Below, one piece after another: positions 27,059 through 35,828 of a DNA stretch of 35,832 bases (position 1 is its first letter; each line of letters starts with the position of its first letter). Source of the stretch: Escherichia phage vB_EcoM_APEC. The notes beneath the pieces are model-generated. The model was given only the letters and a program-made list of their open reading frames with translations, did not search any database and was not told the DNA's origin. The position numbers and the translations under genes were made by a program. The stretch is taken from sequence record MT664721, one strand, 5' to 3'.

Positions 27059-27147
27059 AGAAAGCTGCCCTTTATGGTTTGGTTCGATTCTTTTTATGGT
27101 GGTCTTTGTTCTGTTTTTATTATTGGCTTATAAGGTGGCAGGTTGAT

Positions 27148-27780
27148 ATGGAAGATTTTAAAATTTTTGTAAAAGATGAAGCGGCAAGCAAGGAAGCCCA
27201 GGAGTTGTTTTTTGGGGTTGGTTTTAGGGGTGGTAAATATAAAGGTTATGATGGGAATAAGCAAAAAACAGAATATAGGTTGTGGGCAAATATGCTTAAG
27301 AGGTGTTACTCGAGATCATCTCAATTAGCTAGACCATCCTATATTGGTTGTGAGGTCTCTGATAACTTTAAAGAATACGATTACTTTTACGAGTGGTGTC
27401 AAAATCAAACCGGATTCAATGAAAAAGGATTTCAACTTGATAAGGACCTATTAAAAAAAGGGAATAGGATTTACTCTGAGGATTTATGCTTGTTTTTGCC
27501 AAGTGAAATCAATACCGCACTAATACTCAGAAAATCAAAAAGAGGTAAATATCCAATAGGTGTTACTTACTCAGAAAGAGATAGATTATTTGCATCAACA
27601 TTAACTATGTATGGGAAAAACACTCATGTTGGATATTTTAAAGATGAGATGTCGGCATTTTTGAAATACAAGGAGGTTAAAGAGGCCTATCTAAAAGAAC
27701 TCGCCAATCTATACAAGGAACAAATTAACCCTCTTGCGTATCTTGCTTTGTTGAACTACGAGGTATCCATTAATGACTAA
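27148..27780 (+). CDS. hypothetical protein with HNH-like motif, 210 aa
   Basis: ATG at 27148 with AAGGTGG upstream (the track's longer version begins in a hydrophobic out-of-context stretch); YRLWANMLKRC motif similar to the 18844 gene product. Confidence 0.45.
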   Translation: MEDFKIFVKDEAASKEAQELFFGVGFRGGKYKGYDGNKQKTEYRLWANMLKRCYSRSSQLARPSYIGCEVSDNFKEYDYFYEWCQNQTGFNEKGFQLDKDLLKKGNRIYSEDLCLFLPSEINTALILRKSKRGKYPIGVTYSERDRLFASTLTMYGKNTHVGYFKDEMSAFLKYKEVKEAYLKELANLYKEQINPLAYLALLNYEVSIND

Positions 27781-28354
27781 TCTATCAGAAATCGACATAG
27801 TTGTTTTGAAGAGGAATGAAACGATGAAAATGAAAGAATATCTAAACGAGAAATATGAACTGATTAATGCGCCTGAGTCAGAAGCTAAAGAACCACATGC
27901 TAAGGGGTGGATTGAAGTACCAGAGGGGGCAGAGATATTAACTGTTGGTATTGATCAGCGTGTATTCTGGAAAGGTGATTTGAGCTGGAATATTGATGGT
28001 TACGAAACTAAAGAGTGGAGATCAACTGATAGTTTCCCGATTTACATGAAGAATTACGAGAAAACGGTTAAGGTATTATGGCAACGCAACGCACCTACCC
28101 TGACAGAAGAACTGCCGTTTATTGATGATGAGCCACATGGACACTACAAGAAAGATGTTAGCAATTTAAATAGCATTGATGTTTATCGTGTATTAAAACT
28201 TTTTGATGTTAAAGACCCTGCATTGCAACACGCAGTAAAGAAAATATTATGTGCTGGTGATCGTGGCACAAAAGATAAGGTTCAGGATATTCAAGAGGCT
28301 ATCGCTTCACTTAATCGCTCCCTAGAGATGATTAAAGAGGATGGCTGTATGTGA
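27773..28354 (+). CDS. hypothetical protein, 193 aa
   Basis: Coupled ORF (ATGA overlap). Confidence 0.5.
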   Translation: MTNLSEIDIVVLKRNETMKMKEYLNEKYELINAPESEAKEPHAKGWIEVPEGAEILTVGIDQRVFWKGDLSWNIDGYETKEWRSTDSFPIYMKNYEKTVKVLWQRNAPTLTEELPFIDDEPHGHYKKDVSNLNSIDVYRVLKLFDVKDPALQHAVKKILCAGDRGTKDKVQDIQEAIASLNRSLEMIKEDGCM

Positions 28355-28361
28355 GGTGAAC

Positions 28362-28718
28362 ATGATTAAACCTAAATGGGGTGGTTATAAAATCCCTGCA
28401 TTAAAAGAGAAGTGTAATTGTATGAGACGAGCAGCAAAGATAGACGAGAATCAACCAGAGATTGTAGATGCATTGCGAGCTATGGGGTGTAGTGTGACAA
28501 ACCTTTCAGCGGTTGGAAATGGATGTCCTGATATTTTGGTTGGTTTTCGTGGAATCAATCTGCTATTTGAAATTAAAGACGGTAAGAAGCCGAAGTCTAA
28601 GCGCCAATTAACATCAGATCAAGTGAAGTGGCATACCGCATGGAATGGTAAGGTTTATATCGTGGAAAGTGTTGAACAGGCTATTACTATTATTAATGAC
28701 CCGAATACTTATATATAA
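28362..28718 (+). CDS. VRR-NUC-like (PD-(D/E)xK) nuclease domain protein
   Basis: GCPDILVGF...LLFEIKDGK...QVKWH resembles the VRR-NUC motif arrangement; ATG at 28362 with GAGGTG upstream. Confidence 0.5.
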   Translation: MIKPKWGGYKIPALKEKCNCMRRAAKIDENQPEIVDALRAMGCSVTNLSAVGNGCPDILVGFRGINLLFEIKDGKKPKSKRQLTSDQVKWHTAWNGKVYIVESVEQAITIINDPNTYI

Positions 28719-28792
28719 ATATTTTTCATTAGTAATTTGCTGATTGTGTTAGTATATTTGTTTTAAGAATTAATCCTCACGGGTTAAGACTA

Positions 28793-28843
28793 AACCATCT
28801 TCCTTATCTATCCTCTACCAAAATTTGAGTAAGGAAGGTGGTT
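28793..28843. other. 14 bp inverted repeat (one mismatch) with 23 nt loop in a non-coding region
   Basis: AACCATCTTCCTTA (28793-28806) pairs with TAAGGAAGGTGGTT (28830-28843). Confidence 0.4.
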
Positions 28844-29013
28844 ACCTTAAAAGTAAGACTGGTGTGTAAGTGCCTTTGTTTATGGCGTTGCAATCGAAAC
28901 TTTACTCCAAGAAGCCCCTGTTGACGCAGGACAAGCAAAGAGTAAATTGCAAACATCATACCCTGCATTTCGGGGAAATAATAAACATGACTGAAGCGAA
29001 AGACCTTCATAGA

Positions 29014-29037
29014 AAGCCCCTTAATTGGGGTTTTTTA
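29014..29037 (+). terminator. rho-independent terminator inside the non-coding region
   Basis: GCCCC-TTAATT-GGGGT stem followed by TTTTTT. Confidence 0.55.
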
Positions 29038-29090
29038 TTGCCTGTTCATAAGTATTGGTTATGGGTTAATATATCTTATATAAATAATTT

Positions 29091-29099
29091 TGATATAAT
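29091..29099 (+). promoter_or_regulatory. extended -10 promoter (TGaTATAAT) upstream of the structural module
   Basis: TG at 29091-29092, one base, then TATAAT at 29094-29099; AT-rich upstream; GGAG at 29141-29144 and ATG at 29153 downstream. Confidence 0.45.
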
Positions 29100-29152
29100 C
29101 GCGCGCGTGAGATAATGTTATTATCAGGTTTGTTTATATAGGAGTGTCGAAA

Positions 29153-29383
29153 ATGACCGAGAAGAAAGAAACCACAGAAAACGTTCAGGAAAAGGCAACT
29201 GAAGCAACAGTATCTCAAAAGGAATTTGACAAGGTGAAGGCTGAGAATGCCGAGCTTCGTAAAAAGAACGTGGCCTTGCACAATGAGAACCAACGCCTGA
29301 AAGACAGTGTTGCACCTCAGAAGCCTAAAGGTGATTTCGTTTTTGACGAGAAGAAGGGCTATACATTCAAGGAGCGTAAGTAA
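29153..29383 (+). CDS. hypothetical charged/coiled-coil protein, 76 aa
   Basis: ATG at 29153 with GGAG RBS; first gene of the structural operon. Confidence 0.5.
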   Translation: MTEKKETTENVQEKATEATVSQKEFDKVKAENAELRKKNVALHNENQRLKDSVAPQKPKGDFVFDEKKGYTFKERK

Positions 29384-29574
29384 TGAGCGTACGTCCTAAA
29401 GTTGTTCAACAAAAGTCCGCTGAACAGATTGAGAAAGAGGCGAAGGACTTGGCCACGCTTGAAGCGAATAAGGAAGCTGCACAGCGGCGTGGTGGTCGTT
29501 CGACTGCACTCAGTCCAATTGGTCAGGGCACAATGAATGGTCTTAAAACTTTACTAGGTGGTGGCGGACAATGA
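29383..29574 (+). CDS. hypothetical protein, 63 aa
   Basis: Coupled ORF immediately upstream of the portal gene. Confidence 0.45.
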   Translation: MSVRPKVVQQKSAEQIEKEAKDLATLEANKEAAQRRGGRSTALSPIGQGTMNGLKTLLGGGGQ

Positions 29575-31187
29575 GCGAACTGGCAACGAGTAAGATTAAA
29601 ATGTTGGGCAATCTGAAAGTTGCCCGCTCCAAACATGAGCCAAAATGGATTGACTGTTATAAATATGGTGCTCCTGAGCGTGAGCCTGATTTTACTGATG
29701 TAAGTAGTGATGATCAGAAAAGTCGTGTGAATCTTTATGACGGTACTGCTGCTGATAGTGTCCAGTTGCTTGCGAGTTCTATTATATCAGGAACCGTGCC
29801 TCCTAACGTTCGTTGGTTTAAGGCTGTACCTAGTGGTCTTGAAGATGATGAAATGACAGAGGCAGATCAGTGGCTTGATGATGTATGCGAAATGATGTGG
29901 CGCAAGATTCATGCTGGCAATTTCAACGTAGAAGCGTATGACTGCATCCAAGACTATGTTGTGGGTGGCTGGGGTGTTCTGTATATCACACAGGAAGGTG
30001 ACGGTTATCGCTTTGAGAACTGGCCGTTAGGTAATTGCTGGTTTTCAACAACTAAGCAAGGTGGTCTGGTTGACATTATCTATCATGTTGTTTCCATGTC
30101 TGCAAAACAGATGGTAGAAGAATATGGTGAGAATGAGGTTCATGAGTCAGTTAGACGCGCTGCGAAGGATGATGTAGAGCGAAACTACACTGTTCTTCAT
30201 GTAATTGAACCGCGCAAAGATGGCAGTGAGAATGCAGACTTACCAGAGAAAATGCCGTTTGCTTCATACCATATTGATATTGATAACAAGCATCTGCTTA
30301 AAGAGGGTGGTTATCGTAGTTTTCCTTGCGCTGTGCCACGTGCTCACAAGATTGCCAATTCAGTCTATGCGGTTGGGCAGATGTTTAAGGCTTTACCAGA
30401 TGCCAAGTCGTTAAATGAAATGCAACGCATGTTGTTAAACAGCATGGATGTAAATGTAAATGGCTTTTGGGCTGCTGCTGATGACGGTGTAATCAATCCT
30501 GCAACGTTCCGTATTGGACCAATGGAAATGGTCATGGTTCGCAGCATGGAGCAACGTCCACAGAACCTGATGCCAAATACAAACGTAAACTTGGCTGACT
30601 GGATGGTCTCTGGTAAACAGCAAGCAATCCGCAAGGTGTTAATGTCTGATCAGCTACAGGCGCAGGATGGGCCACAAATGACAGCAACCGAGGTTTATGT
30701 TCGTGTAGACCTGATTCGTCAGTTGTTAGGCCCAATGTTCGGACGTTTGCAAGATGAATTCATGATGCAGATATTAGACCGATGCTTCTCTATTGGTTAC
30801 TCTGCTGGATGGTTTGGTGAAGCGCCAGAAGAATTGCTTGGTGAAGAACTGAAGTTTAGATTCGAGAATCCATTTGCACGTTCACAGCGTTTAGAGGAAG
30901 TTACAGCGATTGAGCGCTTGATGGGTAGTGTTGGATTAATGGCTGAAGCATTCCCTGAAGTTCTGGATAACATCAATGCAGATGCAGCATATAACGTTTT
31001 ACAGGCTGGTTATGGAGTTCCTGCATCAGTAAGCAGAACAGCAGATCAGGTGATTAAATTACGTGAGCAGCAGCAGCAGCAGAAACAGCAAATGGAACAA
31101 CAGCAAAGACAGCAAGGCGCTGAGGATGCAATGGCAGGAGCAGCTTTAGACGTAATGACACAGCAAGGGGCTAACAATGATTTATAA
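29571..31187 (+). CDS. portal (head-tail connector) protein
   Basis: 538 aa, close to T7 gp8 size; Gln-rich C-terminus; upstream of scaffold and capsid genes. Confidence 0.75.
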   Translation: MSELATSKIKMLGNLKVARSKHEPKWIDCYKYGAPEREPDFTDVSSDDQKSRVNLYDGTAADSVQLLASSIISGTVPPNVRWFKAVPSGLEDDEMTEADQWLDDVCEMMWRKIHAGNFNVEAYDCIQDYVVGGWGVLYITQEGDGYRFENWPLGNCWFSTTKQGGLVDIIYHVVSMSAKQMVEEYGENEVHESVRRAAKDDVERNYTVLHVIEPRKDGSENADLPEKMPFASYHIDIDNKHLLKEGGYRSFPCAVPRAHKIANSVYAVGQMFKALPDAKSLNEMQRMLLNSMDVNVNGFWAAADDGVINPATFRIGPMEMVMVRSMEQRPQNLMPNTNVNLADWMVSGKQQAIRKVLMSDQLQAQDGPQMTATEVYVRVDLIRQLLGPMFGRLQDEFMMQILDRCFSIGYSAGWFGEAPEELLGEELKFRFENPFARSQRLEEVTAIERLMGSVGLMAEAFPEVLDNINADAAYNVLQAGYGVPASVSRTADQVIKLREQQQQQKQQMEQQQRQQGAEDAMAGAALDVMTQQGANNDL

Positions 31188-31530
31188 AATGTTTCAGTAT
31201 TCATTAATTTTAGTTATACTTGCGCTAACAGTTATTGGCATTATCACTATCGTCTACACGGTTCGAGAGTATCGCAATCAGCGCAATGTGCTTAAATCCA
31301 CAAAAGAACTGATTCATACTTGGGCCAATCCTGATATGAGAGCAACGCCACAGGATTACCAAAGAGTGTTTGAAATTGATGCAAGCGGACGGCGTGTTCT
31401 GATGCAGTTGGTCAAGAAGTACATGCAAGAACCGTTTGATGTAGATGATAGAAAGACAGCATACAGATGCGGCGCAAGAGAACCAGTCGCATTTATTATT
31501 GAACAGATACAAAGAGGACGTAATCAATGA
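31177..31530 (+). CDS. small protein with N-terminal transmembrane helix, 117 aa
   Basis: Hydrophobic N-terminus YSLILVILALTVIGIITIVY; lies between the portal and scaffold genes. Confidence 0.45.
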   Translation: MIYKMFQYSLILVILALTVIGIITIVYTVREYRNQRNVLKSTKELIHTWANPDMRATPQDYQRVFEIDASGRRVLMQLVKKYMQEPFDVDDRKTAYRCGAREPVAFIIEQIQRGRNQ

Positions 31531-32180
31531 GTGAATCTGAAGCAGCGGTAGAGACTACAGAGCAAACCGATTCATCTGCTCAACAGGAAAGTCAGGCAAC
31601 TACTGAAACCACACAGGATGATAGTCAACAGGCTCAAGAACAGAATCAGCAGCAAGGAGGTGATTTAACTGCTGACTCATACAATATTGAGCTTGAAGGT
31701 TTTGACTTTAACGAGTTTAAAGGTCTTGAAGAAAACAAGGCATTCTTGGGCAAGGCTGCTGAACTCGGCATTACCAATGATCAGCTACAGTATTTAATTG
31801 GTGAATACAATAGCCGCGCTGCCGGATTGCTCGGTGCAAGTGCAGAGCTAGACACAGAAGCCACAATAGGTAGCCTTAAGGAAGTTTGGGGTGACAACTT
31901 TGATACCAATGTGGTTAATGCTCAAAAGGCATTACGTGCTGCTGGATTTACAGATGAAGATTTAAATAAGCCAGAGATCGGCAATAACGTTGCTTTGGCT
32001 AAACTCGCGGCGCATTTTGGCGCACAAATGAATGAAGACGCGACACCGCAAGGTGCTCCGGCTTCTAATGCAATTAATATTCAGGACTTACTAAGCAATC
32101 CTGCGTATGACGATGTTTCTCATCCTGACCACAATGATGTTGTGAAACAGGTTGAGGCATACTACTCTAAAAACCGCTGA
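31527..32180 (+). CDS. scaffolding protein
   Basis: Very acidic, Gln/Glu/Thr-rich N-terminus; between portal and capsid genes. Confidence 0.6.
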   Translation: MSESEAAVETTEQTDSSAQQESQATTETTQDDSQQAQEQNQQQGGDLTADSYNIELEGFDFNEFKGLEENKAFLGKAAELGITNDQLQYLIGEYNSRAAGLLGASAELDTEATIGSLKEVWGDNFDTNVVNAQKALRAAGFTDEDLNKPEIGNNVALAKLAAHFGAQMNEDATPQGAPASNAINIQDLLSNPAYDDVSHPDHNDVVKQVEAYYSKNR

Positions 32181-32194
32181 TCAGGAGCTAACAC

Positions 32195-33085
32195 ATGACA
32201 GCAGATACTATTAAAGCGAATTATGTGCGCGAGTTTAGTGATAAGTTTGCGCTTGACGTTCAACAAAAGCAGTCACGTTTAGAGCGTGGGGTAACCAATC
32301 ATGGTCGTATCGTTGGTGCTGACTTCACGATTAACAAGTTTGGCACTGTTGAAATGCAGGACAAGACAGTTCGATTAAAAGAAACTGATCTTACACTCAT
32401 TCCAACCTCTGCACGTATCGTGACGATGCGAGATAAGATTCTTGCAACGGCGATTGATGCGACAGATGAAACCAAGATGAAGGCCGACTTGCGTGGCCCA
32501 ATCCGTAATACATTCTTCGGTGCTGTAAACCGTACCAAAGATGACATTATCTACAATGCCTTGCTGGGTGATATTGCATCTAAAACCACTTACTCGGATT
32601 CTGGTATCGCTCAGGTATCTCTGCCGGCTTCTCAGAAGATTACGCTAACCACTGGTGTGACTTCTGGCATGTTTACCCAAATCCTTTCAATGTTTATGGG
32701 TAACGAAGTGGGCGTAGAAGATGGTGAAGAAATCTATATCACCTATAACGCTGCCATGATGAAAGCCATTCTGGACAATGAAACTCTGACCAATGCAGAC
32801 TATGCAGCAGTTAAGATGCTTTGGGAGGGTAACATTTCTGGTAAATGGTTGGGCATGAACTGGATTCCTTATAACCGTATGAAAGTCGGTTCTACTGAAG
32901 GTACTCGTGTTGGTGTGGCTTGGGCTAAGTCTGGTATTGAATACGGCTGGAACGTTCCGCAAGACTTCCGTATCGATGTTCGTCCAGACCTTGAATACGC
33001 TACTCAGTTCGGTGGTATCTACTCGTTCGGTGCTGGTCGTAATGACGAGAAGAAAGTTGTGGCGTTTGAGTTCTTGAGTGCTTAA
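32195..33085 (+). CDS. major capsid protein
   Basis: 296 aa ORF after the scaffold gene, followed by a strong intrinsic terminator; positional call. Confidence 0.65.
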   Translation: MTADTIKANYVREFSDKFALDVQQKQSRLERGVTNHGRIVGADFTINKFGTVEMQDKTVRLKETDLTLIPTSARIVTMRDKILATAIDATDETKMKADLRGPIRNTFFGAVNRTKDDIIYNALLGDIASKTTYSDSGIAQVSLPASQKITLTTGVTSGMFTQILSMFMGNEVGVEDGEEIYITYNAAMMKAILDNETLTNADYAAVKMLWEGNISGKWLGMNWIPYNRMKVGSTEGTRVGVAWAKSGIEYGWNVPQDFRIDVRPDLEYATQFGGIYSFGAGRNDEKKVVAFEFLSA

Positions 33086-33120
33086 TTGCTAACAAGCCTG
33101 AATAAAATACATTAAACTAA

Positions 33121-33146
33121 GGGTATCTTGAAGATGCCCTTTTTTA
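33121..33146 (+). terminator. rho-independent terminator after the capsid gene
   Basis: GGGTATC-TTGAA-GATGCCC (one G-U pair) followed by TTTTTT. Confidence 0.6.
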
Positions 33147-33157
33147 ATGGAGCAGAT

Positions 33158-33721
33158 ATGAATAATACAAAAGTGTCTATTGCGAATTATGCTTTGGCCT
33201 TGATTGGTTCAGAACCGATACAGGACTTTGAAAGCTCAGTCAAGAATGCAAAGTTAATCAGAAGTATGTATGACATAAAGCGACGTGCATTGCTTCGGGA
33301 CCACCCTTGGTCATTTGCCAGAAAGCGTATAAAGATTGCACCATCGGCAGAAAAGCCGGATTTCGGTTATAGCAATAAATTTGCATTGCCGCGTGATTTC
33401 ATTCGATTGCTTGACCCAAACCAGTTTGATTTCACTATTGAAGGTGCTTATGTCCTTGTCAATGCTGAAGAACTGCAACTGTCATACATCTATGATTGCG
33501 ACAATGAAGCAATATGGGATGATTCATTTGCTCTCTGCATGTCTTATGCGTTGGGCGCTGACTTGTGCAAGCCGATTACAGGCAGCGATTCCTCAAGGGA
33601 TACATTGCTAATCATGCTACGTGATGAACTGAGAGCAGCCAAGAGCATTAATGGTCAGCAGCTACCATCTGGCAAGTTTCAGAATAACTATGTTTCTCCA
33701 TACATTGCAGCGAGATACTGA
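33158..33721 (+). CDS. tail tubular protein A (gp11-like)
   Basis: ATG at 33158 with GGAG upstream; 187 aa, close to T7 gp11 size; the track's TTG start at 33128 lies inside the terminator hairpin. Confidence 0.6.
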   Translation: MNNTKVSIANYALALIGSEPIQDFESSVKNAKLIRSMYDIKRRALLRDHPWSFARKRIKIAPSAEKPDFGYSNKFALPRDFIRLLDPNQFDFTIEGAYVLVNAEELQLSYIYDCDNEAIWDDSFALCMSYALGADLCKPITGSDSSRDTLLIMLRDELRAAKSINGQQLPSGKFQNNYVSPYIAARY

Positions 33722-33722
33722 T

Positions 33723-35828
33723 ATGGCACTAAATATAATCAAGTCTAATTTCAGTTCCGGTGAGCTTGACCCGATACTCTCTACTCGCGGCGATGTGGCG
33801 CAATATCATAACGGTGCAAAAGAGCTGACCAACGTCATTGCACTGGTAGAAGGTGGAGTTAAGAAACGTGCAGGAACTCGCTATATTCGCAAAGGAACAA
33901 CATCTGACTATGTTCGGATGCTGCCATTTGCGCCTAGTGCTTCACAGCCGTTCTTTATCATCTTAGGGGTAGGTAAGGCAACCATTGTTAATGCAACCAC
34001 TCTAGCAGTCGTAACCACAGTGACCACGCCATACAACACAGTGCAACGCGTTAAAGATGTTCAGTACATTAACTCGCGTTACACCTTGTTCTTCACCCAC
34101 CCTGATTTTCCAGTTCAGCAACTTCGGACAAGTGCAGATTATGCGGATTGGAGTTGGACAAAATTAATTTTTGATATACCACCATTGGCAGAGAGTGGGC
34201 GCTCACCTAACAGTACATTGCAACCAGGTGCAAAAGAGGTTGGGGCGTCAATTCTGCTTAATTCAAGTCCATATTCCAATTGGTCAGCAACACAGCAGTA
34301 CTACATTGGAGATCGTGTTTATTACAATTCTTCCTATTGGGAAGCTGTAAGTGACAACTTGAACTCACCGCCTTCCGGTTCAAATCCAAATTGGGTGTAT
34401 GTCCCTGAAAGCCGGCCTAATATTTTTAGTCCATCTGATGTGGGTTCTATTATAAAAATTAACGGTGGTCTGGTAAGAGTCACAGAGTTTACTAATGGTT
34501 GGGCTGTGCGTGGAACTGTTCTGGTTAAGCTTAATTCTACGGTTCAGGCGCTCGGCAGATCATGGACAATTACAGGTGGCGCTTATAATGCAACTGATGG
34601 TTATCCGCGTTGCTGCACCTTCTTTAAGCAGCGACTTGTGCTGGGTGGTACTAGAAAATATCCAAACATGGTCTGGTTTAGCCGGATTGGTGACCCTCAA
34701 AACTTCCTTGAAACCACAAAGGATGCGGATGCATTTAGTGTTGCTCCTGCCTCAGATCGTTCTGATAATATCTTGCACCTAGTTCAGTCAAGAGGTGTTG
34801 TGGCTTTAACTGGCGGTTCTGAGTTTCTGATTGATTCAAATGAAGCATTGACCCCGACTACTGTACAGATTACAGAGCATACGGCGTATGGTGCTTATCC
34901 AGATGCTCGGCCTACTCGTGTTGCAAATGAATTGTTGTTTGTACAGCGTGGTGGCGAGCGATTAAGAGCATTATCCTATCGTTACGAAGTGGATGGTCTG
35001 GTCTCGCCAGACATTAGCATTCTGTCTGCACACATTACCCGAAACAATGGTGGGATTGCTGAGCTGTCCTATCAGCAAGAACCTAATAGTCTGGTATGGG
35101 TGGTTTTGGAAAACGGAAAGGTTGCAGGTGTGACATTAAACCGCGAGCAAGAGGTCATTGCTTGGGCATTGGAAGATTTTAATGCTGAGGTGCTCTCTAT
35201 TGTAAGTACACCCACATTGCTTGGTTCTGATAAAACCTTTGCACTCATCAAACGGCTAGATGGTCAGGTCTGGCTAGAACAGCTTACGCAGGATGCATTA
35301 ACTGACTGTGAAGTAGGTTATACGGTAAGCAATAACACCATTACAGCGACACATCTAAACGGATTTGCTGCATCAGGTATTGAGAATGTTCAAGCGTGGA
35401 TGATGGTTAATGGTGCTTATACTCAGGTCAAGATCAAGTCAAGATCAGGCAATGTTCTAACCCTTCAGGATGATGACTACACCGGAAAGACGGTTTATGT
35501 TGGTGCGCCAATCAAGTGTAGAATATCGCTACTGCCACCTGAATTTGCTCAATATCCCTCTTCTATGCGTACCTCAAAAATAACGATTCATTCAGTCTAT
35601 GCGACGATTTATAATACACTTGGCTTACGTGTAAATGGTGAAGATGTGGATGATATACGTTTTGATGATAATCCGCTGAACCCGCTTAAACCGTTTAGCC
35701 GTGTGGTCAATATTGGACAGTATGGGTGGACAACGGTTGAAGACTTGGACATGGTAATTGAACATGACAGACCATTGCCATTTCATTTGCAAGCAGTCAA
35801 TCTCGAATTAACGGTGAATAACAAATGA
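33723..35828 (+). CDS. tail tubular protein B (gp12-like)
   Basis: ATG at 33723, 1 nt after the gp11-like stop; about 701 aa; the track's upstream extension overlaps the previous gene. Confidence 0.65.
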   Translation: MALNIIKSNFSSGELDPILSTRGDVAQYHNGAKELTNVIALVEGGVKKRAGTRYIRKGTTSDYVRMLPFAPSASQPFFIILGVGKATIVNATTLAVVTTVTTPYNTVQRVKDVQYINSRYTLFFTHPDFPVQQLRTSADYADWSWTKLIFDIPPLAESGRSPNSTLQPGAKEVGASILLNSSPYSNWSATQQYYIGDRVYYNSSYWEAVSDNLNSPPSGSNPNWVYVPESRPNIFSPSDVGSIIKINGGLVRVTEFTNGWAVRGTVLVKLNSTVQALGRSWTITGGAYNATDGYPRCCTFFKQRLVLGGTRKYPNMVWFSRIGDPQNFLETTKDADAFSVAPASDRSDNILHLVQSRGVVALTGGSEFLIDSNEALTPTTVQITEHTAYGAYPDARPTRVANELLFVQRGGERLRALSYRYEVDGLVSPDISILSAHITRNNGGIAELSYQQEPNSLVWVVLENGKVAGVTLNREQEVIAWALEDFNAEVLSIVSTPTLLGSDKTFALIKRLDGQVWLEQLTQDALTDCEVGYTVSNNTITATHLNGFAASGIENVQAWMMVNGAYTQVKIKSRSGNVLTLQDDDYTGKTVYVGAPIKCRISLLPPEFAQYPSSMRTSKITIHSVYATIYNTLGLRVNGEDVDDIRFDDNPLNPLKPFSRVVNIGQYGWTTVEDLDMVIEHDRPLPFHLQAVNLELTVNNK

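Noticed and set aside
27049-27147. 32 aa hydrophobic ORF (MRDKESCPLWFGSILFMVVFVLFLLLAYKVAG) overlapping the end of gene 26786..27058
   Set aside because: Starts inside the preceding gene with no RBS; more likely the out-of-frame 5' region of the 27148 gene than a separate peptide.
28804-29115. Track ORFs 28870..29115 (+, 81 aa) and 28804..29010 (-, 68 aa) inside the non-coding island
   Set aside because: They run through the terminator hairpin, have no convincing RBS and break the strong gene coupling seen elsewhere; treated as non-coding, possibly RNA or regulatory.
28719-29152. Possible tRNA gene in the non-coding island
   Set aside because: No T-loop-like GGTTCGAnTCC box or acceptor-stem pairing found by eye; tRNAscan-type analysis would be needed to exclude it.
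403-33722. Track N-terminal extensions of 403..906, 17561..17968, 25420..25752, 27079..27780, 28341..28718, 33128..33721 and 33651..35828
   Set aside because: The extensions overlap upstream genes or terminator hairpins; internal ATG starts with Shine-Dalgarno motifs just after the upstream stop were preferred.
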